Shown one piece after another: positions 1 to 13,612 of a DNA stretch of 64,000 bases (positions are counted from its first letter, which is position 1; the number at the start of each line of letters is the position of its first letter). The notes below the pieces were generated by a model. The model had not been told where the DNA came from. It ran no database searches and worked only from the letters and a program-made list of their open reading frames with translations. A program made the translations under genes and the position numbers. The DNA is from Felis catus. Lineage: Eukaryota. Where the stretch lies: positions 187,240,001-187,304,000 of the forward strand of contig NC_058368.1 of the NCBI RefSeq assembly GCF_018350175.1, in the 5' to 3' direction.

Positions 1-173
1 TATTATCTTTTTCCTTCCTTTACCCTGGGTTTACCTTGGTGTTTTTCTAGTTTCTTAAGGTAGAAACCTAGATCCTTGATTTTTAAATCTTCTTTTTTAA
101 TGTAAGCAATTGAAGCTATAAATATCTTTCAAAGTACTCATTTAGCTGTATCCCACAGATTTTGATGTTTTAT

Positions 174-339
174 TTTATTTTATTTTTTAATTTTTTAAAT
201 ATTTTTAATGTTTATTTATTTCTGAGACAGAGAGAGGCAGAGCTTGAGTGGGGAAGGGGCAGAGAGAGGAGACGCAGGCTCCAGGCTCTGAGCTGTCAGC
301 ACAGAGCCCGCGGGAGGCTCAAACTCACAAACCGCGAGA
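174..339 (-). mobile_element. CanSINE, 5'-truncated
   Basis: Poly-T/TTTA tail, (GA)n, ggctccaggctctgagctgtcagcacagagccc core; TSD tttgatgttttat at 161-173 and 340-352. Confidence 0.9.
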
Positions 340-522
340 TTTGATGTTTTATATTAATTATTCAGTTCAAAATATTTTTTTCCTTATTTATTTCTTCTTT
401 AGTACACAAACTATTTAGAACAGCATTGTTTACTTTCCAAATACGTGTGACTTTCATAGATAGCTTATTGCTATTGATTTTTAATTAATTCCACGGTGGT
501 TAGAGAATATACACTGTAGATA

Positions 523-722
523 TGCCTGAGTGACTTAGTCAGTTGAGCCTCCAATTCTTGCTTTTGGCTCAGGCCATGATCTCGCAGTTTCAGGAGTTCA
601 AGCCCCACAGTGGGCTCTGCACTGGCAGGGCGGAGCCTGCTTGGTATTCTCTGTCTCCCTCTCTCTGCCTCCCACACTCATGCTGTCTCTATCTCTCTAA
701 AAATAAATAAACTTTAAAAAAA
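523..722 (+). mobile_element. CanSINE (older subfamily)
   Basis: tRNA-like head, ggagttcaagcccc B box, (CT)n, aaaataaataaa tail. Confidence 0.88.
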
Positions 723-2536
723 TCACACATTGTATGATTTCAGCCTCTTTAGATTTATTGAGATTTGTTTTATGACCTAACATATCCTGGTGAGCATGTG
801 CCCTTGAAAAGAATGTATGTGCTAGCAGTCATTAATAGTTCTATAAATGTCAAACACACAAAGGCGATTGATAATAATACTCAGATATTATACATCTTCA
901 CTAAGTTTTTGGTTAGTTCTGCCAATTGCTAAGAGGTATTAAATTTCTAACTGTAATTGTAGAATTGTCTATTTTCTCCTTTAACTAATTGTTTGCTTCA
1001 AATACAGACTTTAAAGGTCTGTTTTCAGGCTCATATATATGCACGATCATCATATCTTCCTAATAAATTGATACTTTAACATTATGGAATTTCTCTCCTT
1101 ATCTTTGTCTTGAAATCATCTTTTTCCTGATATTAATATAGCCACTCCAGTCTTCTTATACTTGGCTGTTTTCATAGTTTTTCTTTATTCCCATACATTT
1201 ATTTTCATCCTGTGTCTATTTATATTATTTTTATGTTAATTTTATTTGTAATTCACTGATTTTTACCCATCCTGAAAAATTCTACATTTTAATTGGGGTG
1301 TTAACTTTCTTAATATTTAATGTAACTTTTATATGGTTATGTTTTAGTCTACTATTTTGGTATTTATTTTCAAATTGCTCCCTCTGGGTTTTGTTTTATG
1401 TTATTGTTGCTCCTCTGTTCCTGAAAATTTGGGGATTCTTTTCATAATTTTTAGAATTCCATTTTAATTTTTCTCTTGTTTTTTTAGCTACACTTCTTTA
1501 TATTATTTTTTTTTGGTAGTTTTACTAGGTCTTAAAGTATAAATCCTTAAATTTTAATGGTCTACTTAGAGTTAATGTGTAACATTTCACATGAAATGTA
1601 AAAGCTTTGAAATCAAGAAAGTCCATTTATTCTCTAATTCTATCTTTATGCTATTGTTATATGTATTACATCTACTTACATAAAAATCCCAGAAGGCAAT
1701 GTTATTTTTTTCCTTATTCAGGCACATGTATTATAAACAAATTAAGAAGGAAAAAGCAAAAAAAAATACACTTTTTTACATTTACGCAGATATTTACCAT
1801 TTGTGATGCCTTCTTTTCCTTTCTGGGGATTTGAGTTTCCATCTGGTGTCACTTTGCTTTAGCCTGAAGAAGTTCTTTTAGTATTTCTTATAGTGCAGAT
1901 CTGGTGGCAACAAATTCTCATAGTTTTCTTTTAGATGAAAATGTCTGTTTTGCTTTACTCTTGAAGAATTATTTTTGCTGCTTTCATAATTCAGTTTTCC
2001 CCCCTTCAACTCTTTAAGGATGTTCCAATCTTCTTTGGCCTTTAATCAAGCCATTGTTCCCTTATATGTAATGTGTCATTTTTCTTTGATTCCTCTCCAG
2101 ATTTGCTCTCTTCTTTGGCTTTTCATAGTCATTGACACATGTATGTGCCTATGGCCTTTTTCATGTTTATTCTTCTTGGGTTTATTATCTTTGTAAATTT
2201 ATCATTTATCAAATTTGGGAAATTTTTGGCCATTATTTCTTTACATATGTTTTATTCCCCATTCTCTGATTCTTGTCCTTCTGGGACTTCAATAACATTG
2301 ATGTCAGACTGCTTTATATTTTGTAACAAGGCCCTGAGGCTCTCCTCATTTTCTCTCTGTTCCTCACACTGGATAATTCTTACTGATTTATCTGCAGATT
2401 CACAAACTTTTTTTCTGTCTTGTCTGTTCTCCGTTGTCTGTCCCATGAATTTTTTATTTCAGATATTTTATTTCTGGTTATAGAATGCTAATTTTTTGCA
2501 TTTTTATTTTTTTCATATCCCTGCTGAGATTTTAAA

Positions 2537-2748
2537 ACTTTTTTTAATGTTTTTATTTATTTTTGAGAGACAGAGACAGAGTTCAAGAGGGGAAGGGCCA
2601 GAGAGAGAGGGAGACACAGAATCTGAAGCAGGCTCCAGGCTCCGAGTTGTTAGCACAGAGCCCGATGCGGGGCTCAAACTCACAAACCGTGAGATCATGA
2701 CCTGAGCCAAAGTCGGACACTTAACCGACTGAGCCACCCAGGTGCCCC
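2537..2748 (-). mobile_element. CanSINE, full length
   Basis: Ends gagccacccaggtgcccc; 18-bp TSD ccctgctgagattttaaa at 2519-2536 and 2750-2767. Confidence 0.95.
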
Positions 2749-2819
2749 ACCCTGCTGAGATTTTAAATTATTTATTGCAAGCATGTTTTCTTTTATATCA
2801 TTGAAGGTGGTCATAGCTT

Positions 2820-3066
2820 TTTTTAAAATTTTATTTAAATCCAATTAATGGTTTCAGGAGTAGAATTTAGTGATTCATCACTTACATATAACACCCAGTG
2901 CTCATCCCAACAAGTGCCCTCCTTAATGCCCATCACCCATTTAGCTTATACACCAAGCCAACACCCCTCCAGCAACCCTCAATTTGTTCTCTGTATGTAA
3001 AAGCCTCTTATGGTTTGCCTCCCTCTCTGTTTTTATCTTATTTTCCTTCCCTTCCCTCATGTTCAT
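2820..3066 (-). mobile_element. Carnivore L1 3' end fragment
   Basis: acacccagtgctcatcccaacaagtgccctcc 3'UTR motif shared with L1 copies at 16.2 kb and 35.1 kb; near-TSD ggtcatagctt / ggttatagctt. Confidence 0.85.
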
Positions 3067-4269
3067 GGTTATAGCTTCTTTAAATTTTCTGTGTGCTAAT
3101 TCCAAAGTCTGAGTCACCTTGGGATTAGTCTTAGCTGATGAGTTTTTCCTTTTAGAATTAGTCACATTTTCCCTGGTTTTATATGTTGAGCATCCTGGAC
3201 ACTATGAATGTTAAGCATGAAGATTCTGGATCCTGTTATTTTTCCACAAGATATAGTTTTTTGTCTTTTAACAGGCACATACTTTGCTGGAATTTAACTG
3301 TAAACTCTTTTTCTTGAACAGCAACTCCCATCTCAGGTCAAATCTGTTTGTTTTTAATGGATATTCTTGGAGCCTATTCCATCATGCATAGTTCAGGAAT
3401 CAGCCAGAGATGCGAGCAAACAGAACTTGGGGGTCCCCTCTCTGGCTTATTCCTGTTTGAAATCATTCCTCTTTCTTTCTACAGTGAATATGGTTTCCCT
3501 AGACCCAGTCCTCTGGCTACCCATGTCACAAAGACTGAGATTTTTCCACAAGCACTCTTACCAACTGCTCTTCACCAAATGTATTGCCCCCTCCCCACAC
3601 CTCCTCCTCCACTTCTGCATCTTTTTGGTGTTAAAATTACTTCTATTGATAGGGAAACTTATTAACACATAAATCTTTATTTGTATTGAGTTCTACTCAG
3701 GTTAGGTTTGCCAACATTCCATTTCTTAATACTTCTTTATCATTTCTACCAATCTCTATTTACGTTTGATCTTCCTCTCATTTTGAGTTCCTTCTGTAGT
3801 GCTTCTTTGGTTATTCATGGTTATTCATTTCCTACCATCTAAATCCTAACTCAGATTCCACTTTGAAACCTTCCATCATTCTATTCCCAGTTAACACCAT
3901 CTCCTTTGAGTAACATTTTTTACATATAATGTCTTTTTGAGGTAAAGGTGGGATTTTTCCCCCTCATAATTGGCCTAAACTCCATGGTCACAAGAAATAT
4001 GTCTTAGGCAATTATTTTTCATCCTCCTCATAATTAAAGTCAGACAGATAAAGATTAAATCCAAATTGTGCTTCTTATTTACTGTATATTTCTAACAAGT
4101 TACTTACCTCTGTAACTTCAGTGTCCTAAACTGTAAAATAGACTTAACAATACCTGATTTATGGGGCTATTTTAGGATAAATAAAATTATTTCCCTAGAA
4201 CAAATACTCTTTTATTCTTTGAGTGTTTTATACCTTCTTTTTCCTCAAATTTCCAATGCCTCTGCCCCT

Positions 4270-5830
4270 TCTTCATTTTCACTGAATGAATTTTTGCTTC
4301 TGATTTCACTGAGAAAAGTGTGAAATAAGTAGCAATGAAAAAGAAACTTTCACACATTCCCACCAACTGATCTACCTTTGTACTTACATCTATGTCCATT
4401 TTCCCTCTTTCCTCTTGTGAAATGTCAACACTGCTATATAAAGCGATTCCTTCACTTGTGGACTTGGTGTAATTTTTTTTTTTTACTCAAGGACATTGTT
4501 CCTGTGATTGTTCCCTTTCTATCCTAGGTCATCAGTTTTCCACCTCTACTCAGTTGCCCCTACTAACGTGCAAACATGCTGTGATGACTTCTCTCCTTAA
4601 AACAAAATGAACTTCTTTTGACCTCACATCCTCTCCATTGGCCTATCCTCTATTAACAGTCCTTAAGAGATCCTTTCCTTGCCCCCCACCCCATTGTCTG
4701 CTAGATCAATGTAATTAGGCTTTTCTAGCTATCAACTCATGAGAACACTTCTCATTAAGAGTTTCATATTGGCAAATCCAATAATCAGTTATCACTCCTC
4801 ATTCTTCACTTTCTTCACTGGCTTCCAGTATTCTATTCTTTCTTAGTTCTCCTTTTACTTCACCAGCCATTCTCTTTTAATCTTTCAGCTTCAGTTCTTA
4901 GGATACTTCATTCACTGTCTAACTGATCTCATATTGTCCCATTGCTTTAAATACTATCTATACATTGATGACTTGAAAATAAATATCTCCAACCTAGATC
5001 TCTTCTCCAGATTCCAGATTTAAATAACTAGTTGCATACTGGTTATTTTCACTTGGATAATTAATAGTTATCTCAAACCTACTTATGCAAAACTGAACTC
5101 CTTGCCTTATCTCTCAAGCCACCTCCTTTCATAGTCTTCCCATCTCAGTACATAATAACTCCATCTTTCCAGTTGCTTGTATCAAATATTGCACTCTGGT
5201 TCTTGACCACTTTTTCTCTTTTATCCAGCATGCAGTACATCAGGAATTTTTTTTTAGGCTCTTCTAAATATATCCACAGTCTGACTGCTTATCATCTCTA
5301 ACCCTAGCTTACTGGTCTAAACTACCATAATCCTTTAAGTAGCAACATTATTTTAGCAACCTCCAAACTGCTTTTCTTCCATTCTTTTCTCCAGCTACAC
5401 TGGCCTCCTTGTTCTTCTCTAAAATGATACGCATGCTTCCGCTTCAGGGCTATACACTGGTTCTTTTCTCTTCCAGCAGTTCTCCTCCCTAAGATATTCT
5501 CATGGCTTTACTCCCTTACTTCCACTTTCTGTTCAAATGTCGCCTTCCCCTAGAAATTTTCCCTGAACTCACCACATAAAATAGCAACCATATCTTCATT
5601 AACTAGTCCCCTTACCTTGCTTTATTTTGCTCCATTGTACTTATCACTCTCTGAACTATCATATAGTTCTCTCTTTCTCTCTCTCTCTCTCTCTTGCACA
5701 CGCACATGCACACACACACACTTGGTGACAGAGGGTTGATTTTGTTGCCATATCCTCAGGGCCTACAACAATGCCCGACATATAATAAGCACTCAGTAAT
5801 TGTTTGTGATTAAATGGATGGATGAGTAAT
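4270..5830 (+). mobile_element. L2 LINE remnant
   Basis: L2-type motifs (ttcactgagaaaa, ttcacttggata...tctcaaac, ccagctacactggcctccttg) and L2 3' end gcactcagtaattgtttg...atggatgagt. Boundaries approximate. Confidence 0.65.
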
Positions 5831-6197
5831 ACAAATTGAGGTCTTATCTCAATACCTGGAGTATAGTTAGCACTTAATAAGTCCTCGGTTTTATTATCAG
5901 GCACTTGATAAATATGTGTTGAATAAATAGATAAATTTGTTCAAAAGTAGCTAAAAGAATGTTAACTATATTCAGACAGAACCATCATCTGCCTCTTGTC
6001 TTGTATCTCACCTCCTAATGACTTCACCAGATTCTCCATCCAGAAGCTAGTGCCCAGGGTCCAGAAAACCATTGCATCATTCTTGTGAAAGATCCCCTTA
6101 ATGTAAACTTACCCTCGAACACTTACAAAGGCGTCAGGAGAAGCTATCTGCTCACTTGCCAGAGAGATCCCCTGTGCAAAGCCAAACTCACCCACAG

Positions 6198-6325
6198 AGG
6201 TTCAGCCCAGATATGGCCTGGCTGGTCATTACGACAGAATTATGACCACACAGCTGTTCTGAACTTAAACATTAGAAGCATTTTTATTCCGCATGTTTTC
6301 CTGAGACCCATACACTGCAAACAAG
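6198..6325 (+). other. Candidate non-coding 5'UTR exon of ATP10B
   Basis: Unique sequence bounded by ctcacccacag| (alternative AG 2 nt later) and a good donor AAG|gtgggt at 6325/6326; pyrimidine tract is weak. Unverified. Confidence 0.2.
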
Positions 6326-7869
6326 GTGGGTTCATCTCAGTAGGTATCCTGGGTTTATGACTTTTAATATTTAAAAGTAACTGAAAATAATAACAGAGAC
6401 TATTGTTGAGGTTTTTTTTTTTTTTTTTAATGGAAGCTTGTACAGCTTTGCTATAGTTTCTATAGTCAGAATTGACTATTGGTTAAATTTCTTTGCTTTG
6501 CTTACTTCCAACTAGAGGAAATGTTAAGAAGGCATTTATGGGAAGGTTAATAGGGTCTCACACAGTATCCAAGGAAAGGCTGTACCTAGGCCTCTGGGAG
6601 GGCTGGGGTCAAGGCAGCCCTGGGGACAGAAGTCCAGGATGCTTTCACCAGCGTTCTGCCATTAGAATTACCACATGTCAACTCCAAGCCTAGAAATAAT
6701 TTGACTGGGCCAGCTGATTTTGAGAAGCTCTCAGGCCTAACCAATTGTTCCAACCATTTGACCGGAGTGGGGAGGATCATATAAGAATCAAACATGATAC
6801 TGGAGGTAGGAACATTGTAGTTTTCAGAAAAGAAAGAATAAGTGGACAAATATCCTCGAAAATGCCTCAAACGCATAAGGGAGAGTAGAGGACAATTTAG
6901 AGGAGCTGCTTTGTGGGCAGCATACACATGCAAAAGAAAAATGCTTTGCCAACTCAGTCATCTGAACTAACAACAAAAAAGTATTGATTTTTCCCAGCAG
7001 CTCATTCAACCTTGAGCATATGCAACACCTATGCATGCTGTATCTTACATGCATCATTACAACTCCCATCAAGCAGGGGGAAAGTGTTTTGGGAAGCCAA
7101 AGAATTAATTTCCATCTTCATCATGTGGTCTTGGGCTTATGATTTAACCTTTATTTGCCTCAGGTTCCTCATCTATAAAATGGGAAGAGTAATATTTTCC
7201 CAGACAGGTAAGAATGAAGTGAGATAGCTGGTGGTTCAGTGCAGAAGTTAATAAAAGAGGCCTTAAGTCTAAGCAACTGCTCAAGCCTTACCTTCTCAGA
7301 GCTGTACACTCTGCATCTCTAAAACAAGGACAGGTGTACCCAGTGTGGGCTTTGTCAGCATTAAAAAATTTATACAAAGCACTGTGCATAGAGCCTTATA
7401 TTTCAAGGACTTAAAACCTTGGTTAAAAGACTTTTTTAGGTAAGTCATGGTACTTTGAAAAATGTAAAATACCTGTGGGGGCACACTTAGTTTTTGATAT
7501 TATCATTGTCACCATTACTATTATCATCAGCATCACCACTGATTCAAGAAAGCACAGTAGGAGCAAGAATGAAGAAAGTACAACTTCAAAGTATGTTCTT
7601 ATCTTTCTTCAAAAGACTCTTCCTTGCTGCCAAGTAAAATAAAAATACTTTGACTTGCTGGATAAAGCCATCTCCAGCCTCATTTCTTGCATTCTCTCCT
7701 TCCTGTTCCTACCGCTTCCCCTGCTGCATTTCATAACCCAGGCTCACTGGTTATGGGTCAGTCCCCAAATACACTTTATACTTAAAAATCTCTGGGGCTT
7801 TATTCTTGCCATTTTCTTTTCTTGGAAAAACACTTTCATTAATCTCTACCTGTTGAAATTCTTATTTTA

Positions 7870-8081
7870 TTTTCTTTAAATTTATTTGAGAGAGAGAGAG
7901 AAAAAAAATGTGTGCCCACAAGTCAGGGAGGGGCAAAGAGAAGGAAAGAGATAATTCCAAGCAGGTTCCACGCCATCAGCACAGAGTCTGGTGCTGAGCT
8001 TGAACTCATGAACCATGAGACGGAAACCTAAGTCAAGATCAAGAGTCAGATGCTTAACTGACTACACCGCCCAAGTGCCCC
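7870..8081 (-). mobile_element. CanSINE
   Basis: 16-bp TSD tgaaattcttatttta at 7854-7869 and 8082-8097; antisense SINE body. Confidence 0.92.
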
Positions 8082-8864
8082 TGAAATTCTTATTTTAAAT
8101 CCCATATACCCTCCTAGGCCCTTATTTCAAGGACTACCATTGCCACCTTCTGAGTTATTCATTTACTTCTTAAAACTTTGCTTGTACCTTCCTTTATAAT
8201 TAGCCCTGTTTTATTTAGATACTCTATTTAGTTGTTTACATAACCCAATCTCCCACCCTGTTAAAAGCCCCATCAGGGGCAGGGGGCAGGAATGTACATA
8301 ATCATTTTGTAATCACTGCTAGCTAGCACAGTGGCTGACATATGGTAGAATACAGAATTGTTGCAAGGAAAGGAAAGGAAAAGAAAAAAGGCAGAAATAC
8401 AGAGTGCTGTAAACTGCCCTCTGGGGAGCTCAGATCCATGATCACAACAAGCATTTGCACTGTGTTCTAATCAATCAAGCTACTCAGCCCAGCACGAATA
8501 CCCAGAATTGGAAAAATAAGCTTCTTCTGAGTATAAGCTTCTAGAGGGTTTTCACTCTTTCCATGCTGGCAATCACAGAATTTCCCTAAAATCTAAAGCC
8601 TTAAGGGACCTAGTGATAATTTAATTCAGTATCTGTATATTACATGTAAAGAGACAAGCCCAGAGAGCTTTAACCTCCAACCCCCAAAGGCATTAAGCAA
8701 GTGAGCAGCAGAGCTGAAGCTAGGATCATGGACCCTCTGTGCCTGCCATGTGCAGACCATCCTTCCCTAGCTCCCACCTGCTGTTTTCAGGTTTTACCTG
8801 ATTTTCATTTTCCTGGGTTTGACCCCTGACTTAATGCTCCCAGTCCCTTGCTGGCCCAACCCAA

Positions 8865-9565
8865 TGTGACAATGGTTCATTCTAGGGGCTTGTTATTTAT
8901 ACAAGGAGAGGTACACAGCCCAAAAGCATGAAGCAGCCAGCAAAGGGATTGAATGAGCCCACAAAGTTAGAGAGGAGCACAGTCCCTAAGCCCACCCTCA
9001 CCTTTGACACCAACTTAAAGTTTGGAGGTTCCCAAGACTACCCTTATGGTTGTTAATTCACTAGCAGGACCCAGAACTCACTGCAAACTGTTAGACTCAT
9101 AGTTATGGTTTTTGATGGGGAAAGGATACAGATTAAAATCAGAGGAAGATTCAGGAGGCAGCTTCCAAGAAAGTTCCAAATGCAGAGTTTCCATTGTCTT
9201 ATTCCCACAGAACTAGGAATAGTGTTACTTCCCCAACTTCAATGTGTGACAATATGCACAGAGTATTTGCCAACCAGGGATAATCCCCCTGCCCTTGGTG
9301 TTCAGGGTTTTCATTGGGGATTCATCATATAGACACAGTTGGCTGCCCACATGGCTAATTTCAGTCTCCAGGCCCTCTGCATGCTGAGCTGATACTATGT
9401 GACCCAATGTTCCCACCCTAAATCACATGGTTACACTATCTAGCATAACCTAACATCCATAGGCAAACAAAACACCCTCACACATGACTTTCTGGGGCCT
9501 TAGACACTACTTCCCAGAAGTGGAAGGAGAAGGGAAGACCTTTTTCAGGCAAGGTTAAAATCTTT
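8865..9565 (+). mobile_element. MER21-like LTR
   Basis: Contains taattcactag...cagaactcactg...gttatggttt...gaaaggatacagattaaaatcag and ends ggcaaggttaaaatcttt, as recalled for MER21. Left boundary uncertain. Confidence 0.65.
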
Positions 9566-11189
9566 GGAGCACATACTCTTTCTGAAGCCCCGACCCTCAC
9601 TTCAGCAAAGCATAGTGGGAAATGCATGAGCTTTGGAGTCAGTCCTGTGTGCGCTGTCACTTTACCCACATAATTTCAGCCAGATACTCACATCTCTAAG
9701 CCTGAGTTTTTCCCTTTGGAAAATGAAGATTAAATACCTATCACTGGCAGCGTTTGTAAGGATCAGAATTAATGCTTTTAACATACTTCATGTAATGCTC
9801 ATGTGTAGTGGGTACCAAATAAATTAATAGCCTTCTTTTCTTCAGTCCTTTCTTCATCCTTTTCTCTCTCATGATCTCTCTTTCCCTGTCTCTCTCCCTC
9901 CCATATGATCTCTTTCATTCTCCTTATCCTGTTTCCTTTTCCAACCTTTCATCTTCTCTCAAGATAGGAGGATGCCACTTCAGTGTGCTATGAATAAGGA
10001 AATGCCAAACTCAGAGGAACCAAATCCTGCAAGCAGCAGCCTTGGGATATGCTGCCCCCTAGAGACAGCTGGTGATGGTATCTGTGGGACAAAGCCAGCT
10101 GTCCCAGGCTGGGATGAATAAGAGCTAACACATTGTAATAACTTAGCTTCACTCCAGATCTGGTGTAAATTGAAGATGAAAATGTGTTTTCCAAAAATAA
10201 TCGAGCTGCTACAGATGTCTGGGCCTGTTTCACCTTTGGTTATACAATAGTCTTGCTTGGGCTTCTCTTCTGGGTTCACAGGGATGGCTGGGCTCACATG
10301 CCAGGGAATTTTCCTAAGAAAAGCTCTGCACTTCTCAGTAGCATTAGCAACCAGTACGCCCACTGCACAGAGCAAGAGTCTAAAGCACCCAAGAGTAACG
10401 TTGACCATGTTATGAAGTCAGGTCTTAGCGAGACCACAGAACTCACACCATCCTGAGCCACATTTGTACATCTTTCTGAGGCTCCCTGATGCTGCCTGGA
10501 ATTATTCTAGGGTTTAGGAAAGGGAATTCTTCTCCAGATTCCTATTCTGTGGTTGAGATCAGCCTTCTGTGTACACTTTCCTTCAAAATACCTTCTCCTG
10601 CAGTGCTACGATCATAAAGAAGAAAATCCAAAAAATGTCCTGGTTCAGGACCTCTGTTTTCAGACTGTTAAAGATCTGAGTCACAGGTTTTGCTATTTCC
10701 TTCTCTGCACCTCTTCCCACAAACGTGGCACTTGGAATGGTCAATGATAAGGAGACTTTACATTTTCTGCTTGAGAATCTCATGATAAGCCTGTGAAATA
10801 GTCCCAGGCCATAAAAACTGGGTAAGATAGTTAAACATCAGTGCACTGCCCTTATTTTACCTACAAGGTCTAGAGAGAGAAAGTCATTTCTCCAAGGTCA
10901 CAGACATTCTTAGTGAGCTGAGTGGGTGACTAACTAATCTTGGGTAATGAGTAAAGACTGAACTGAAGTGAACTAAGCAAAGATTTTGCTTTCAATGTCT
11001 CTGGCTATTTTTATACCTGGCCTCTCTCATTTCGCTTGAAATTCTATTTCCCCTATGAACATTCCTTCCTTCCTTTACCTTATTTGTAGTCATTCTCCCT
11101 CCTCTTCCTTCTCTAAATCAGATATCATTATGTTTTTCAATCTTGATATTTTTAAAATTATCAGGTCAGAGGAATAGGGCCTCTTCTTT

Positions 11190-12120
11190 AATTCATTAAT
11201 ACAGCAAATATTTATTAGGTGCCTTCTACACACAAACTATTCTAGGCAATCTTAAAAACTGGAAAGGACAAAATACACAAAAATCTCTACCCTCATGCAG
11301 TTTGTATTTTAATAGTGGGAAGCAAGTAAGAAGAAAACAAAAAATAGTAAAAACATCTATAAAATAGTGATAAATGTTTTGGAGGAAAAAAATCTAAGGA
11401 AGAATAATAGAGTTTTGAGGCATAGGGGGCTTGCAGTTTATGGTGGCCAGCTAAGTCCCCTGTGAAAAGATAAAACTTGAGCAAGAATCAGGTGATCAAG
11501 GGAGCCCAGCAGGTACCAGGACAGAGGTAACAGCAGTCTCTTGGGCTCTGAGGAGCACATGCCAGGAGTGCCCTAACAACAACTAAGAGGCAACAGTGGC
11601 TGGAGCAGAGTGAGTGTGAGGGGAGGGGCCTTAGAGAGTCAGAGAAGAGAGGAGCAGCCAGAATGTATAGGATCTTCTGTTGCAACTGCAGAGTAAGGAA
11701 TACAACCAGAAAGGAACTTCAGTTACTTTGACTTTTGCCCTGAGCATATAGGAAGCCATTGGAAACTTTTGAGTTAGAGTCATGAAATCACTTGATTTAT
11801 ATTTTTAAGAACAAGTATGGCTATTCTTTTAGGAACAGACTTTAAGGAAGAAATAGTAGAAATGCATAGTAGAAATGCAATCAGCTTGGTGTTTATTGCA
11901 ACAAGCCAGTTCAGAGATGATGGTGGTTTAGACCAGGGTATATCAGTGGTGAGAAATGGTTAGACTCTGGACACATATTGAGGCAGAAAAGAAGGTAGTA
12001 TTTCCTGATTTCTTCTATATGACTGGATACAGGTTATAACATAGAGACAAAGTCAAAGGGAAATGAGAATGACACAAAAGTATTTGGCCAACAAAGATGG
12101 GAGTTGCAATTTGGAAACAA
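11190..12120 (-). mobile_element. L2 LINE remnant
   Basis: Begins attcatt...cagcaaatatttattag (antisense L2 3' end); aagaggcaacagtggctggagcagagtgag and gagatgatggtggtttagaccagggt motifs. Confidence 0.7.
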
Positions 12121-12207
12121 ATTATGTTTAATCTCTTTCTGCATCAGTTTTCTCATCTACCAAATGGGCAAATTAATTAAAATTATAGGTTTATAAAAAT
12201 TAAGTGA

Positions 12208-12418
12208 GGGACACCAGGCTGGCTTAGTCAGTGAAGCATCCAACTTTGTCTCAAGTCATGATCTCACAGTTGATGAGTTCAAGCCCCACATTAGGTCTTT
12301 CTGCTGTCAGCATAAAGCCTGCTTGGGATCTGCTGTCCCCCTCTCTCTCTCTGCCCATCCCCTGCTTGTTCCCTCTCTCCCTCTCAAAAAAAAATAAACA
12401 TTTAAAAATAAATAAATG
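12208..12418 (+). mobile_element. CanSINE inserted into a MIR
   Basis: SINE head/CT tract/A tail; near-TSD aaaattaagtgag / aaaattaaatgag; MIR motif cagttttctcatct upstream. Confidence 0.88.
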
Positions 12419-13539
12419 AAAATTAAATGAGTTGTTACAAGCAAAATGCTTAGAATTATTCCTGGTTCACAACAAGCAAGTGTTAGCTGCTATTCTCATG
12501 ATTCTCCTCTTTTTCCTGCTTACTTCTTTCAGGAAACTAAGCGTAATCTGCCATAAAATCTTACTTAATTTTTTTGTCATCTACTTCCTTCACCAAAATG
12601 TAAGCCTCATGAGGACAAAGATCTCATGTGTCAAGTTCATACTATCTCCTCAGCTTCTACAATAGTGTTTCAACACCTTAACATATGTTTGATAAATATT
12701 TAGAAGTGTGAAAAGATGGAACACTCAGCCTGCCTGGATTTCCCATGATGTCTTTGTTTGACATATGTACTATATGTTTCGTACACTCATAAACATTTAC
12801 TGTTTAGAACACTTAGTCACTGGCATTAAGAAGAGACTTAAAAGGTAGACCACACATAAGTTATACAGTTCATTCTGAAAAATCTCCCTGTGCTACGCCT
12901 TGATGAAAGGAAAAGTTCTATCTAAATACAGAAATCAGCAGGAGCTCTGAGATTCTGGGCACCACAGTCCATGCCTGCTCCTTCTGAAACTGAAATCAAT
13001 GCACCTGGTTGTTCTTTAATTAGCAGAGCTGTTGCCCTGCCTCCGCCCCCTGGTTCCGCTGTCAAGATGTCGCACATCTCTGAGCTGGCTTTCCATCCCA
13101 AGATGGTTTAGCTTGCTGTGCATGGCTGGAGGAAGGCAGGAAAAGGGCAGGGAGCCAATTAGATTGAAATGGAATCTGGTCTTTTGAGGCCCCTTGTCAG
13201 GGTGAAGAGTATTGGATGTTCCCAAAGATGACAGATGCTTCTTTATTTGGGTTGATCTCAGGGGTTAGAGGTCATTTGTAAATAAGATTTGCTCCATTTG
13301 GTATGGCAAGTCCTTTTTTCTATGCCTTACTTTTTTCAGTCCCTGAGTCTTTTTCTCTGTGTTTGACATGCTCACTGCCAGTATAAAGGCCATTTGGTCT
13401 GGAATGAATATTTCAAATCCTTGGGAGCAGCTGAAGTAGCAACCAAAAGTTAGATAAGCTCACTGAGGAACCTATGTGATCAGTTCACATAATGCTAAAA
13501 ACAATCCAGTGGAAAGAAAGGAGGTAGAACAACTGGTGT

Positions 13540-13612
13540 GATGGATAGATGGATGGATGGATAGATGGATAGATGGATGGATGGATGGATGGATGGATGG
13601 ATGGATGGATGA
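13540..13612. repeat. (GGAT)n/(AGAT) tetranucleotide microsatellite
   Basis: Direct reading. Confidence 0.95.

Larger units (their letters stand above)
1..3350 (-). mobile_element. Old degenerate L1M LINE (ORF2 5' part and ORF1), interrupted by younger insertions
   Basis: T-rich antisense L1 texture; minus ORF 2252-2446 reads LRALLQNIKQSDINVIEVPEGQESENGE, resembling L1 ORF1p (LWDNIKRxNIRxIGVPEGEE). Boundaries approximate. Confidence 0.7.

Noticed and set aside
2496-2737. Recurrent ORFs such as MAQSVK.PTLAQVMIS... and ...EREGDTESEAGSRL
   Set aside because: Translations of CanSINE consensus in both orientations.
9980-10456. Overlapping 142/90/81-aa ORFs
   Set aside because: No homology recognised, non-ATG or weak starts, intronic position.
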